A stretch of 60,353 nt of DNA. Source: Gemmatimonadaceae bacterium (GTDB taxonomy: Bacteria > Gemmatimonadota > Gemmatimonadetes > Gemmatimonadales > Gemmatimonadaceae). The notes beneath the pieces are model-generated. The model did not search any database. It was not told where the DNA came from and saw nothing but the letters and a program-made list of their open reading frames with translations. Positions within the stretch are counted from its first letter, which is position 1. Every line of letters begins with the position of its first letter. Positions 1 to 9,820 of the stretch are shown here, in pieces. The stretch lies in assembly GCA_040901985.1 (NCBI GenBank), contig JBBDYC010000009.1, forward strand, positions 1-60,353, read 5' to 3'. The translations under genes were made by a program, and so were the position numbers.

Positions 1-50
1 GCACAACCTTGCCAAGGTTGGGGTCGCGGGTTCGAGTCCCGTTTCCCGCT
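1..50 (+). tRNA. tRNA-Gly(GCC), 5' end cut by window edge
   Basis: Anticodon arm CAACC-TTGCCAA-GGTTG, T arm GCGGG-TTCGAGT-CCCGT, acceptor 3' strand TTCCCGC-T; CCA not encoded. Confidence 0.93.
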
Positions 51-146
51 CTGAACGGCAGGTCTTGACGGCAGGTGAGAGGTCAAAGGTGAGAGGGGCG
101 CGCCCGGACTGTCTGGCGCGCCTTCGGCGTCCTGAGCTTGCGGTGC

Positions 147-233
147 GCCGGGGTGGCGAAAGTGGCTAGACGCGACGGACTTAAAATCCGTTGGGGAGCA
201 ATCCCCATGTGGGTTCGATTCCCACCCCCGGCA
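147..233 (+). tRNA. tRNA-Leu(TAA)
   Basis: Acceptor GCCGGGG/CCCCGGC-A, anticodon arm ACGGA-CTTAAAA-TCCGT, long variable arm GGGGAGCAATCCCC, T loop TTCGATT. Confidence 0.95.
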
Positions 234-258
234 TCACGGGCATATCTTCCACCGCGCA

Positions 259-654
259 ATGCAGCCGACGCCCTTTCCTCCGCTCACCGTCCTCTGGGTC
301 GCCCTCGGCGGCGCGATTGGCTCTGCGCTGCGCTTCGGCATCGCCGAGTGGTTCCGTCGCGTGCCGGCGTTGGCCGGCCTTCCGTGGAGCACGCTCGCGG
401 TCAACGTGACCGGATCGCTCGTGCTCGGGGTGTTCGCCGGCTGGCTCCTCAGCGGCGCCGCGCTCGCGCCCGAACACCGCGCCTTCGTGATGATCGGCAT
501 CCTCGGCGGCTACACGACCTTCTCGACCTTCGCCCTCGAGGGGCTGGAGATGTTGCTGGCCGGCCAGGTCGGGCGGGTCGTGCTCTATGCGACGGCGAGC
601 GTGCTGCTCTCGGTCGGAGCGGCGGCGGCGGGCTTTGCGCTTTCCCGTGGGTAA
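259..654 (+). CDS. crcB: Fluoride efflux channel FluC/CrcB
   Basis: 131 aa hydrophobic; GGAIGSALR, TLAVNVTGS, GILGGYTTFSTF motifs. Confidence 0.95.
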   Translation: MQPTPFPPLTVLWVALGGAIGSALRFGIAEWFRRVPALAGLPWSTLAVNVTGSLVLGVFAGWLLSGAALAPEHRAFVMIGILGGYTTFSTFALEGLEMLLAGQVGRVVLYATASVLLSVGAAAAGFALSRG

Positions 655-1750
655 GGCGCGCGCGCCCGAGGCGTTCGGCCGCTTCTTCCTCCCCGGCCCC
701 ACCGAGGTGCGCCCGGAGATCCTCCAGGCGATGGTGCGGCCGATGATCAGCCATCGCAGCGCCGAGTATGAGGCGCTCCACAGCCGCGTGAATCGCGGAC
801 TGCAGATGGTCTTCCGCACGGAGCGCCCGGTGTACCTCGTCACCGCGTCGGCAACGGCGGTGATGGAGATGGCGGTCCGCGGCGCGCCGGATGGCCCGAT
901 CCTCTCGCTCGTCAACGGCGCCTTTGCCGAGCGGTTCGCGCGGGTGGCGCAGCGGTGCGGACGCCGGACACGCGTGGTGACGGTGCCGTGGGGCGAGACC
1001 CACGCGCTCGCCCTCGTCGAGGAGCACCTCGCCAGCACGCCGTACGCGGCAATGACCGTCGTCCATTCGGAGACGAGCACCGGCGCGCGCGCCGACCTCC
1101 ACTCCCTCACCGAGCTCGCCCACCGCTACGGCGTGATGTGCCTCGCCGACAGCGTCAGCGGCGTGGCCGGGCTTCCGGTGGAGACGGACGTCTGGGGACT
1201 CGACTTCATCTTCGCCGGCTCGCAGAAGGCGCTCGCGCTCCCGCCCGGGCTCGCCTTCGCGGTCGCGAGCGAGGCGTACATCCTGCAGGCGTCTGCCGCC
1301 CCTGACCGCGGGCGCTACCTCGACCCGGTGGAGTTCGAGGAGTTCGCGCTGCGCGACCAGACGCCGACAACGCCGGCACTCCCGTTGCTCTACGCCGCCG
1401 ACGCGCAGCTGGCGGCGATCGCGGCGGAGGGAATCGAGGCGCGCTGGGCGCGCCACGCGGCGATGCGTGCGCTCACCGAGGCGTGGGTCGCCGAACGCCG
1501 CGCCGACGGGATGGCGCTCGGCGTGCTGGCGCGTGAGGGGGAGCGCTCGGCCACCGTGAGCGCGCTGACGCTGCCGGCCGACCGCCTGGCGGCGGACGTG
1601 GTGCGCGCGATGGCCGAACGCGGCTTCGTGATCGGCCGGGGATACGGGGCGATGCAGGATTCCACCATCCGCATCGGCCATATGGGGGATCACTCGCCGG
1701 CGACGCTCGGCCCCTGCCTCGACGCCCTCGCCTCCGTTCTCTCGGCGTAG
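647..1750 (+). CDS. Class V PLP aminotransferase (serine-pyruvate/alanine-glyoxylate type)
   Basis: FLPGPTEV, ISHRS, VHSETSTG, ADSVS, GSQKALALPPG, IRIGHMG; GTG start at 647 inferred. Confidence 0.88.
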   Translation: MGKARAPEAFGRFFLPGPTEVRPEILQAMVRPMISHRSAEYEALHSRVNRGLQMVFRTERPVYLVTASATAVMEMAVRGAPDGPILSLVNGAFAERFARVAQRCGRRTRVVTVPWGETHALALVEEHLASTPYAAMTVVHSETSTGARADLHSLTELAHRYGVMCLADSVSGVAGLPVETDVWGLDFIFAGSQKALALPPGLAFAVASEAYILQASAAPDRGRYLDPVEFEEFALRDQTPTTPALPLLYAADAQLAAIAAEGIEARWARHAAMRALTEAWVAERRADGMALGVLAREGERSATVSALTLPADRLAADVVRAMAERGFVIGRGYGAMQDSTIRIGHMGDHSPATLGPCLDALASVLSA

Positions 1751-1757
1751 CGCGCGG

Positions 1758-3566
1758 TCAGGGGCGCACGCCGTGGGCGTGCACCGTGTACCAGGCCGCG
1801 TAGGCCAACAGCCCGCTGAGCGCCGCATCGCCGCCGTGCGACAGCGCGAGGCCGTCGTCGTCCACGAGCTCGGCGGCGAATCCATTGTGCAGCGGCGCAC
1901 GGCGCAGCCACTCGAGGACCGCCGCCGCGTCGGGGCCGAAGAGCCGCGCCAACTGCACGACGAGGCGCGACGACGCGCCGATCCGCTTGGCCGTGCGTCG
2001 GAAGCTCGAGTCGGTCCGCTCGACCGCCTCGAAAAGCGGCAACCAGAGCGCCGAGCCCACCGGGTCGTCGTCCAGCGAGACGTTGCCCTTGAGGTCGGTG
2101 GCCGCGGCGAAGGTCGCCTTGGACTCGGCGCCGGTGGCGAAGTGCCGACGGAGCGCCGCCCGCACGGCGGCCGGATCCTGCACCTCGTTTGCCGCCTCGT
2201 CGTCGAGCGTGCGCCGCAGCGCGTCGAGCGCAAAGGCGACCACGGCATTCCCGTGCACCGTGAACGGCAGCGCCGCCGGAATCCGCTCCAGCGTGACCTC
2301 GGTGTGGTAGAGCGGGTGCTTCGCGTCCCGTCGCTCGGCGAGTTCATCGCTCGACGCATACAGGGTGTCGGCGAGAACGACCTCCTCGATGATCTGGTCG
2401 TCGCCCGTCTCGCGGATGTAGCGCTCGGTGGCGACCGCGTACGCGGCGCACCCCTCGAGCGTGAAGCCGGGCTCGAAGAGCGTGCCGTCGAGGTAGTGCA
2501 CGCCGCGCCCGGGGGCATAGCCGTGCACCTCGCAGGCCCGGAGGATCAGTTCGCGCGCCAGCGGCGGGTCGGCGAGTTGGACCGCGGGCACGGTCCAGGC
2601 GAGGGCCTCCCAGTCGCGCACCGTGACGCCCCACGCACACCACGGCGCGCGGCTCCGCACGAGGTAGAACTGCGCGTCGTCGAGCGCGCGGCCGACGCCG
2701 TAGAAGTAGGCAAAGAGCAGGTTCCGGTTGATCAGCGCGTCGAGCGATTCCATCCCGGTGGACTGTTCCAGCATCCGCAGCGCGTCGCGTGTGGCGGTGA
2801 GGAGGGGACGCCAGCCGCGCCGGCGCATCACGCCGACGGTGGCCTCTGCGCCGTCGCGCTCCGGTCCCGCCGCAATGTAGAACGCGGTCTCGGCGCGCTC
2901 CCCGGGCGGCAGCGTCAGCGTCCGGGTGATGGCATAGCCGGGCGAAGCCCCCTCGCGGACCGCGACGGCCGAGTCACCGTCGGCCGCCAGCGCGAGTGCG
3001 CAGAGTCCGGGCGCCGCCACGCCGTCGAGGAGCACCACCCCGCCGGTGGCCTGCTCCACCCGGTGCGCGTCGGCGGCGGGGCGCGGCGTCCGCACCCGCA
3101 ACTGCCGATGGCCGAGCGTACCATCGAGTCCGACCACTACCTCGTGCGCCGAGCTCCCGCGGTTCTCGAACGAGAGCGCGTAGACAGCGCCGGCGATGTC
3201 GGCGTCCCGGCCGAACGGCGCAAAGACCGTGCCCCGCACCACCAGGTCGCCGACCTGGCTGGTGAACGTCGGCAGCCAGTGGAGCGCCCGCTCCCACGCG
3301 ATGCCCCCGCGCGCCAGCTCGACCGCCACGCCATCCACGCGGATCGTCGGACGCGCCAGCGCCGCGCCGGCGCCGCCGAGGAAGTCCGCGTGGCCGGCGA
3401 ACTCGACCGCCGCCCGCGCGCCGCGATGCAACAGACTCACCGCGTGGATCGCCCCATCCGTGGGATGAATGCACGGGAGCGCGAACCAATGGTTGCCGCT
3501 CACCAGCCAGGGCACGGCGGGGAGTGGCGCTGCAGCGGGATCGAGCGGAATGGCGGGCGTCGTCAC
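1758..3566 (-). CDS. Probable (alpha/alpha)6 glycoside hydrolase, GH125-like
   Basis: Long ORF with host-like codon use; VRDWEALAW, FEPGFTLEG, YIRETGD and C-terminal GFAAELVD resemble six-hairpin glycosidases; start inferred. Confidence 0.55.
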   Translation of the reverse strand: MTTPAIPLDPAAAPLPAVPWLVSGNHWFALPCIHPTDGAIHAVSLLHRGARAAVEFAGHADFLGGAGAALARPTIRVDGVAVELARGGIAWERALHWLPTFTSQVGDLVVRGTVFAPFGRDADIAGAVYALSFENRGSSAHEVVVGLDGTLGHRQLRVRTPRPAADAHRVEQATGGVVLLDGVAAPGLCALALAADGDSAVAVREGASPGYAITRTLTLPPGERAETAFYIAAGPERDGAEATVGVMRRRGWRPLLTATRDALRMLEQSTGMESLDALINRNLLFAYFYGVGRALDDAQFYLVRSRAPWCAWGVTVRDWEALAWTVPAVQLADPPLARELILRACEVHGYAPGRGVHYLDGTLFEPGFTLEGCAAYAVATERYIRETGDDQIIEEVVLADTLYASSDELAERRDAKHPLYHTEVTLERIPAALPFTVHGNAVVAFALDALRRTLDDEAANEVQDPAAVRAALRRHFATGAESKATFAAATDLKGNVSLDDDPVGSALWLPLFEAVERTDSSFRRTAKRIGASSRLVVQLARLFGPDAAAVLEWLRRAPLHNGFAAELVDDDGLALSHGGDAALSGLLAYAAWYTVHAHGVRP

Positions 3567-3612
3567 ATTACCTTGTTCGGGGTACGCTGCTAAACTAGCC
3601 GACCGCCATCGT

Positions 3613-5271
3613 ATGCGCGCATCCACCGTCCCCCTTCTCCTTGCCTGTGCGCTCGCGTTCCCCACGGGAACCGCGGCCGCTCAGCGCGTGCTTGGCCCCG
3701 GCCCCGATGCGGTGACCCTCCCCCGCGGGATCCTGCGCACCACGCTTGGCGGCGACCATACCCTGCACCGCGAGCGGTGGAACGACGGACAGCGTGAACC
3801 CCTGGGCTCGGGCTTCAGCGTCCCGGCGCTCGGCGCGCCGCATATGGCGGCGCTCCGTGCACTCGACGAGCAGTTCGCCGCGCTCGGCGTCAGCGGACTC
3901 AACGCGTCGCTCGGCCAGACGCGGCTCGACCTCCGCCAGCGTGTGTTCGTCACCCGCTTCGGCGTCGAGTACGGCCTCACCGACCGGATCACGTTCGGCG
4001 TCGAGGTCCCGTTGGTCCGCACGCGGGCCGAGGCGCAGCTCCGCGCCCGCGGCGACAGCGGGCTCGCCTCGGCCGGCGTCAATCCGTATTTCCTCGGCGC
4101 GGGAGTCCCCGCGTCGAATCGGACGACGGTGGACGCCTACTCGCAGGCGTCGCTCTCGCTGACGCAGCGTCGCGACGATTGCATCGCCGATCCCGGCTCG
4201 GCGCCGGAGTGCCCGGAGATCCTCGCCGAGGCGGCGCAGGTGGACGCGCTGATCGCGGCGGGGGCGCAGTTCGCCACGCTCCTCGCGCAGACGTACGGCG
4301 CGCAGGGGCTCCCCGGCGGCCTCCCCTACGTGCCGCTGGTCGGCTCGCCCGGCGAGGTGGCGTTGCGGCAGCGCGCCGCCCAGTTCGGCGAAGACTTCAC
4401 GCGCTACGGCGTCACCGACATCACGCCGACGACGGGACTGCCGCTGGCGGCCCAGACGCCGCTCAGCGCCGAGCAGTTGGAGGCGATGGTGGCCACGGTG
4501 TATGGCGCGCGGCCGATGACCCGCACCGCGCGGACGAGTCTCGGCGACGTGGACGTCGGCCTGCGGGTCAAGCTGTTCGACACGTTTGCGGCTGGCGACA
4601 CGATGCGCTACGGCGCCGCACGGATCGGCTTTCGGCAGACGCTCGGCGCGACCTATCGCTTCGGCAACGGCGTACCGGACGTTCCGGACAACTTCATTGA
4701 CGTCGGCACCGGCCCGGGCCACGACGCGCTCGTGCTGCGCTCATTCACCGATGTTGTCGTGAACGATCGGCTCTGGACGTCCATCACGCTCGGCTGGGTC
4801 CGCGGGACGCCGTTCACCCGCGCGGTGCGCGTGCCCAGCTCCGCGCACGTCGAATGGCTCGAACCGTGGCGCGAACAGCTGCTGGCCGTGTCGCCGGGCC
4901 GGATGATCGAGCTCGAGGTCGCCCCGCGCTGGCAGCTCAACGAGTATCTCGCCCTCGGAGCGACCTGGCGGGCGCGGGACCGAGACGCCGACGACACGTC
5001 AATGAGCGACGTGGCCGCGCTGGATGGATACGGCCACTCGGAATTCCTCGTCACGGGGCCGCTCGACAGCCGTAGTGCGTGGACCGAGCAGCGAATCGGT
5101 TTGACGTTCGCCTATTCGAGCGTCGCCGCTGTTGCGCGCGGTCGCGCGCGCCTGCCGATGGAGATTGCCTTTACGCACGAGGAATCGGTCGCCAGCAGCG
5201 GCGGGATCCTCCCGCGGCGCTTCGAGGACCGCGTGCAGGTCCGCGTCTACACGCGCCTCTTCGGGCGCTGA
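3613..5271 (+). CDS. Secreted/outer-membrane hypothetical protein
   Basis: Signal peptide MRASTVPLLLACALAFPTGTAAAQ; amphipathic beta-strand pattern toward C-terminus. Confidence 0.7.
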   Translation: MRASTVPLLLACALAFPTGTAAAQRVLGPGPDAVTLPRGILRTTLGGDHTLHRERWNDGQREPLGSGFSVPALGAPHMAALRALDEQFAALGVSGLNASLGQTRLDLRQRVFVTRFGVEYGLTDRITFGVEVPLVRTRAEAQLRARGDSGLASAGVNPYFLGAGVPASNRTTVDAYSQASLSLTQRRDDCIADPGSAPECPEILAEAAQVDALIAAGAQFATLLAQTYGAQGLPGGLPYVPLVGSPGEVALRQRAAQFGEDFTRYGVTDITPTTGLPLAAQTPLSAEQLEAMVATVYGARPMTRTARTSLGDVDVGLRVKLFDTFAAGDTMRYGAARIGFRQTLGATYRFGNGVPDVPDNFIDVGTGPGHDALVLRSFTDVVVNDRLWTSITLGWVRGTPFTRAVRVPSSAHVEWLEPWREQLLAVSPGRMIELEVAPRWQLNEYLALGATWRARDRDADDTSMSDVAALDGYGHSEFLVTGPLDSRSAWTEQRIGLTFAYSSVAAVARGRARLPMEIAFTHEESVASSGGILPRRFEDRVQVRVYTRLFGR

Positions 5272-6992
5272 GCGCGCTTGGCCGGAGCGGCGGCGGGCGC
5301 CGCGCCCGCCGCGCCCACCGCCCCCGCCGCCCCCGCCGACAGCAGCTCGCGCGCGTGCTCACGGCTCGTCGCGCTCTCGGCGTCGCCGCCCAGCATCCGC
5401 GCGATCTCATCCACCCGCGCCTCGTCCGTCACGAGCCGCACGTCGGACGTCGTCACCCCGCCCTTGGCGCCCTTGGCGACCACGATGTGGTGGTGGGCGC
5501 GGGCGGCGATCTGCGGCAGATGCGTGATCGCGAAGACCTGGTGGTGGTCCGCCACGTCGCGCATCGCGTCGCCGACCATCAGCCCGGTGCGGCCGCCGAT
5601 CCCGGCGTCCACCTCGTCGAAGATCAGCGTCGGCACGCCGTCGAGTCGCGCGAGGATCGTCTTGAGCGCGAGCATCACGCGCGCCAGCTCGCCCCCCGAC
5701 GCGACGCGCGCGAGGGCGCGCGCCTCGTGCCCCACATTGAGCGCCACGCGAAACTCGACCTCCTCGGCGCCCGTCGGCCCGATGGCGTCGCGCGCCTTGA
5801 GGTCCACGATGAAGCGTCCGTCCGGCATCCCAAGGTCGGGCAGGCGCGCCCCGACCGTCTTGCCGAGCGCGGCGGCGGCGGCCGTGCGCTTGGCGGTCAG
5901 CGCCCCGGCGGCGCGGCCTAGCGACGCCTCCGCCTCGCGCACGCGGAGCTCAAGCGCGCGCAGGTCGAGTACGGAGGTGTCTATCAAGTCCAGCTCGGCG
6001 CGCGCCTCGGCGCCCGTGCGACGTACTGCCTCGAGACTCCCGCCGTACTTCTTCTGCAGGCGGAACAGGAGGTCGCGCCGCCGCTCCACCTCGTCGAGTC
6101 GCGCCGGGTCGTGCTCGACGCCGTCGGCGTACGCCCGCGCCTCGCGCGCGAGTTCCTCCAGCGCGTACCACGCGGCGTCGTAGAGCTCCTGCAACCGGGC
6201 CGTGGCGGGGTCAATCCGCTGCAGCGCCGCCAGGGGCTTCTGCAGGTGGCCGAGCGACGACATCCCCGACCCGTCACCCTGGTCGAGGACGCCGGCGATC
6301 TCGCCGATCAACGCCCCCAACTCCTCGGCGTGCGTGAGCCGGCGCGCCTCGTCGTCGAGCCGCTGCTCCTCGCCGTCGCGCACCGCGGCCTCGTCAATCT
6401 CCTTGGCCACGTGCCGGAGCCAGTCGGCGCGCTGTTGCGCGGCGTCGCGGCGCGCCACCAGGTCGTCGCGCGCCGCGCGCGCGGCGCTCACCGCGCGCCA
6501 CGCCTCCCCCACCGCGGCGACGGCGGACTCCGCCTCGCCAAAGGCGTCGAGGATCGCCCGCTGCGCCTCCGGCTCGAGGAGCGTCTGCGCCTCGTGCTGG
6601 CCGTGGACATTCACCAGCGCGCGCCCGATCTCGGCGAGGATGCCGGCCGTGACCGGGGCGCCGTTCACCCAGGCCCGTGCGCGACCGCCAGCCGCGCCGG
6701 GCACCTCGCGCCGGAGCACCACCGTGCCGTCCGACTCGACCCCGCGCGCGTCGAGCATCGCGAGGAGCTCGGGCCGCGCCGTGAGGTCGAACGCGCCCTC
6801 GACCGTGGCCTTGTCGGCGCCGGTGCGCACGAGGTCGCTCGACGCGCGTTCGCCGATCAACAGGCCGAGCGCGCCGACGATGATGCTCTTCCCGGCGCCC
6901 GTCTCGCCGGACAGCACATTGAACCCCGGCGCGAGCGGGAGCGTCACCGCGTCAATGATCGCGAGGTTGCGGATCCGCAGTTCGGTCAGCAC
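5247..6992 (-). CDS. recN: DNA repair protein RecN
   Basis: GETGAGKS Walker A, VHGQHE, VASGGELARVML, IFDEVDAG, ITHLPQIAA. Confidence 0.97.
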   Translation of the reverse strand: MLTELRIRNLAIIDAVTLPLAPGFNVLSGETGAGKSIIVGALGLLIGERASSDLVRTGADKATVEGAFDLTARPELLAMLDARGVESDGTVVLRREVPGAAGGRARAWVNGAPVTAGILAEIGRALVNVHGQHEAQTLLEPEAQRAILDAFGEAESAVAAVGEAWRAVSAARAARDDLVARRDAAQQRADWLRHVAKEIDEAAVRDGEEQRLDDEARRLTHAEELGALIGEIAGVLDQGDGSGMSSLGHLQKPLAALQRIDPATARLQELYDAAWYALEELAREARAYADGVEHDPARLDEVERRRDLLFRLQKKYGGSLEAVRRTGAEARAELDLIDTSVLDLRALELRVREAEASLGRAAGALTAKRTAAAAALGKTVGARLPDLGMPDGRFIVDLKARDAIGPTGAEEVEFRVALNVGHEARALARVASGGELARVMLALKTILARLDGVPTLIFDEVDAGIGGRTGLMVGDAMRDVADHHQVFAITHLPQIAARAHHHIVVAKGAKGGVTTSDVRLVTDEARVDEIARMLGGDAESATSREHARELLSAGAAGAVGAAGAAPAAAPAKRAQRPKRRV

Positions 6993-6996
6993 GCGG

Positions 6997-7863
6997 TCAG
7001 AACCCGTGCGCCGAGGGCCCGCCCCACCCGAGCTTGTGGCGCAGGCGCGAGAAGAAGGTGTGGCCGGGGAAGCGCACCAGGTGCACGGAGTGCGGGCTCC
7101 GACGCACGGTCAGCGTCTGGCCTGCGGCGAGGGTCGTCCCGACCTGGCCGTCCGACGTCACGAGCACCTCGTCGGGCGTATCCTCGGTCTCGATCCGCAC
7201 CACGGCATCGGGGGGGAGGATCGTCGGCCGGATGGCGAGCGTATGGGCGGCCACCGGCGTCACGATCAGCGAGTCGAACGTCGGCACGACGATCGGGCCG
7301 CTCGCCGAGAGCGAATAGGCGGTGGACCCGGTCGGGGTCGAGACGACGACCCCGTCGGCCGCCACGTCGGCAATCAGTTCGTCGTTCACGTACACGCGCA
7401 TCCGCAGGACGCGAGCGTAGCCGCCCTTGTGCACGACGACGTCATTCAGCGCGCGCGACTGGACGCCGAGCGCGCCGCCGGCGCCGTGGCTGGTCGCCTC
7501 GAGCACCATCCGCCGCTCGACGGTGAAGTCGCGGCGGACGAACGCGGCAAAGGCGTCGGCAAACTCGGTGTGGCCGCAGGATGTCAGGAAGCCAAGCTTG
7601 CCGAGGTTGACGCCGAGGATCGGCACCGGCGCGCCGCCGAGGTAGCGCGCGCCGCGGAGCAACGTGCCGTCGCCACCGAGCGTGATCAGCGCATCAATCT
7701 GGTCGGGGCGGCCCAGCCGCGCGCCGCCGGCCGCGTGTCGCGCCAGTTCCTCCTCGTAGGCGAGCGTGAATCCGTTGGCCGGCGCTTCGCGCGCGAGGAT
7801 CGCGAGGGTGTCGGTGAGTCCCTCGTAGTCCACGTGGCCGACGACGCCGAGGCGCATCGTCAC
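6997..7863 (-). CDS. nadK: NAD kinase
   Basis: GGDGTLL, GVNLGKLGFL, ALND, DGVVVSTPTGSTAYSLSASGP. Confidence 0.96.
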   Translation of the reverse strand: MTMRLGVVGHVDYEGLTDTLAILAREAPANGFTLAYEEELARHAAGGARLGRPDQIDALITLGGDGTLLRGARYLGGAPVPILGVNLGKLGFLTSCGHTEFADAFAAFVRRDFTVERRMVLEATSHGAGGALGVQSRALNDVVVHKGGYARVLRMRVYVNDELIADVAADGVVVSTPTGSTAYSLSASGPIVVPTFDSLIVTPVAAHTLAIRPTILPPDAVVRIETEDTPDEVLVTSDGQVGTTLAAGQTLTVRRSPHSVHLVRFPGHTFFSRLRHKLGWGGPSAHGF

Positions 7864-9752
7864 CCCGCGAGCGCCCCGCTCTCGTGCAACGCGCGCACCC
7901 GCTCAGCGATCCCCGCCGCGTCGAGGCCGCATTGCGCCAGCTGACGCGCGCGCGGCGCCGCGTAGATGATCCGATCGGGTGCGCCGTGCGCGTGGACCCG
8001 CACGCTGGGATCCATCGTCCCGACGACCGCCGCCAGATGCGCGCCGAAGCCGTTGACCACCGTGCCTTCCTCGACCACCAGCAGTTGCTGGTGCGTCGCG
8101 AGGAGCGCGGTCAGCGTCGTGGCGTCGTGCGGCTTGAGGTAGCGGCAGTTCACCACTGTCACCGGGAGTCCCTCGGCGGCCAGCGTGTCCGCGGCCTTGA
8201 GCGACTCGCCGACCATCGTCCCGACGGCGAGGATCGCCACCTCCTCGCCCTTCCGGAGCACTTCCCAACTGGCGTGCGGCACGGCCGGAATGCCCGCTGC
8301 CGGCGGCACGACATCGGGCGCCACGTCGCGCGGATAGCGCACGCAGAACGGCCCGCCGGTGTGTGCGATCCCCGAGCGCAGCAGGCCGACCAGTTCCGTC
8401 CCGTCCTTCGGCGCGGTGACCGTCATCCCGGGCACCGCCAGCATATAGGCGATGTCATAGAGGCCGGCGTGCGTCTCCCCGTCCTCGCCGACCAGCCCCG
8501 CGCGGTCGAGGCAGAAGACGACCGGGAGCCCCTGGACCGCCACGTCGTGGATGATCCCGTCGTAGGCGCGCTGGAGAAAGGTCGAGTAGATCGCGACCAC
8601 CGGTTTCACGCCTTGCGTCGCCATCCCGGCGGCGAAGGTCACGCCGTGCCCCTCGGCGATCCCGACGTCGAAGAAGCGCTCGGGGTGCTGCTTCGCGACG
8701 ACGGCCGTCCCCGTCCCGCTCGGCATCGCCGCGGTGATCGCGACGACGTTCGGGAACTCGACCATCAGCTCGGCGAGCGCGTTGCCGAAGACGGTGGTGT
8801 AGTTGGGATTGGCCGACGAGCTCGTGCGCTGCTTGCCCGTCGCCGGATCGTGGCCGGCCGGGAGCGCGTGCCACTTCTCGCCGTGGTCGCCGGCGGGAAA
8901 CCCCTTGCCCTTCGTCGTGATCACGTGCACGAGGCGCGGCCCCTTGAACTCCCGCACCGCCTTGAACGTCACCAGCATCTGATTGATGTCGTGGCCGTCA
9001 ATCGGCCCGAAGTAGCGGAAGCCGAGCTCCTCGAACAGCACGCCCGGCGTGAGGAACGCCTTCACCGACTCCTCCCAACGGCGCACCAGCGCGCCGGCAT
9101 CCTTGAGCACGCCGGTCGTCTGGTCCATCCAGTCGCCGATCGCCGAGCGGAGGCGATTGTAGATCGGATTGCGCTGCACCGACGTCAGGTACTTGTGCAT
9201 TGCGCCGACGTTGGGCGCGATGCTCATCTCGTTGTCGTTGAGGATGACGATGAAGTCGCGCTCGCTCGCGCCGGCGTTGTTGAGCGCCTCGTAGGCCAGT
9301 CCCGAGCCGAGCGAGCCGTCGCCGATGACCGCGGCGACCTTGTAGCTCTCGCCCCTGATGTCGCGGGCAGCGGCCATCCCGAGCGCCGCCGAGATCGAGG
9401 TCGCGGCGTGGCCGGCGCCAAAGGTGTCGTACTCACTCTCGCTGCGCTTGAGGAAGCCCGAGAGGCCCCCTTCCTGCCGGAGCGTGTGCATCCGGTCGCG
9501 GCGACCGGTGAGCACCTTGTGCGGGTAGCCCTGATGCCCGACATCCCACACGAGCCGGTCGTTGGGCGTGTCGAAGGCAGCGTGGAGCGCGATCGTCAGC
9601 TCGACGACGCCGAGCCCGGCGCCGATATGTCCCCCGGTCACCGAGCACGACGCGATCAGAAATGCGCGCAACTCCCCGGCGAGCTGGGTGAGCTCGGCCG
9701 GGGACATTCGCCGGAGGTCGGCGGGGCCCTGCACGCGATCGAGAAGACTCAT
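7860..9752 (-). CDS. dxs: 1-deoxy-D-xylulose-5-phosphate synthase
   Basis: GGHIGAGLGVVELT, WDVGHQGYPHK, IGDG..ALNN, DVGIAEGH, DRAGLVGEDGETH; ATG 9752. Confidence 0.97.
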   Translation of the reverse strand: MSLLDRVQGPADLRRMSPAELTQLAGELRAFLIASCSVTGGHIGAGLGVVELTIALHAAFDTPNDRLVWDVGHQGYPHKVLTGRRDRMHTLRQEGGLSGFLKRSESEYDTFGAGHAATSISAALGMAAARDIRGESYKVAAVIGDGSLGSGLAYEALNNAGASERDFIVILNDNEMSIAPNVGAMHKYLTSVQRNPIYNRLRSAIGDWMDQTTGVLKDAGALVRRWEESVKAFLTPGVLFEELGFRYFGPIDGHDINQMLVTFKAVREFKGPRLVHVITTKGKGFPAGDHGEKWHALPAGHDPATGKQRTSSSANPNYTTVFGNALAELMVEFPNVVAITAAMPSGTGTAVVAKQHPERFFDVGIAEGHGVTFAAGMATQGVKPVVAIYSTFLQRAYDGIIHDVAVQGLPVVFCLDRAGLVGEDGETHAGLYDIAYMLAVPGMTVTAPKDGTELVGLLRSGIAHTGGPFCVRYPRDVAPDVVPPAAGIPAVPHASWEVLRKGEEVAILAVGTMVGESLKAADTLAAEGLPVTVVNCRYLKPHDATTLTALLATHQQLLVVEEGTVVNGFGAHLAAVVGTMDPSVRVHAHGAPDRIIYAAPRARQLAQCGLDAAGIAERVRALHESGALAG

Positions 9753-9820
9753 TGGGGCGGAATGGGGACGAGGGGCGACAAAGGTAGGTTGTACGGCGGA
9801 CGGAGCGGGCGCCAGTGTGT

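Noticed and set aside
234..258. Fluoride riboswitch before crcB
   Set aside because: Only 25 nt separate tRNA-Leu and the start codon; no room or motif
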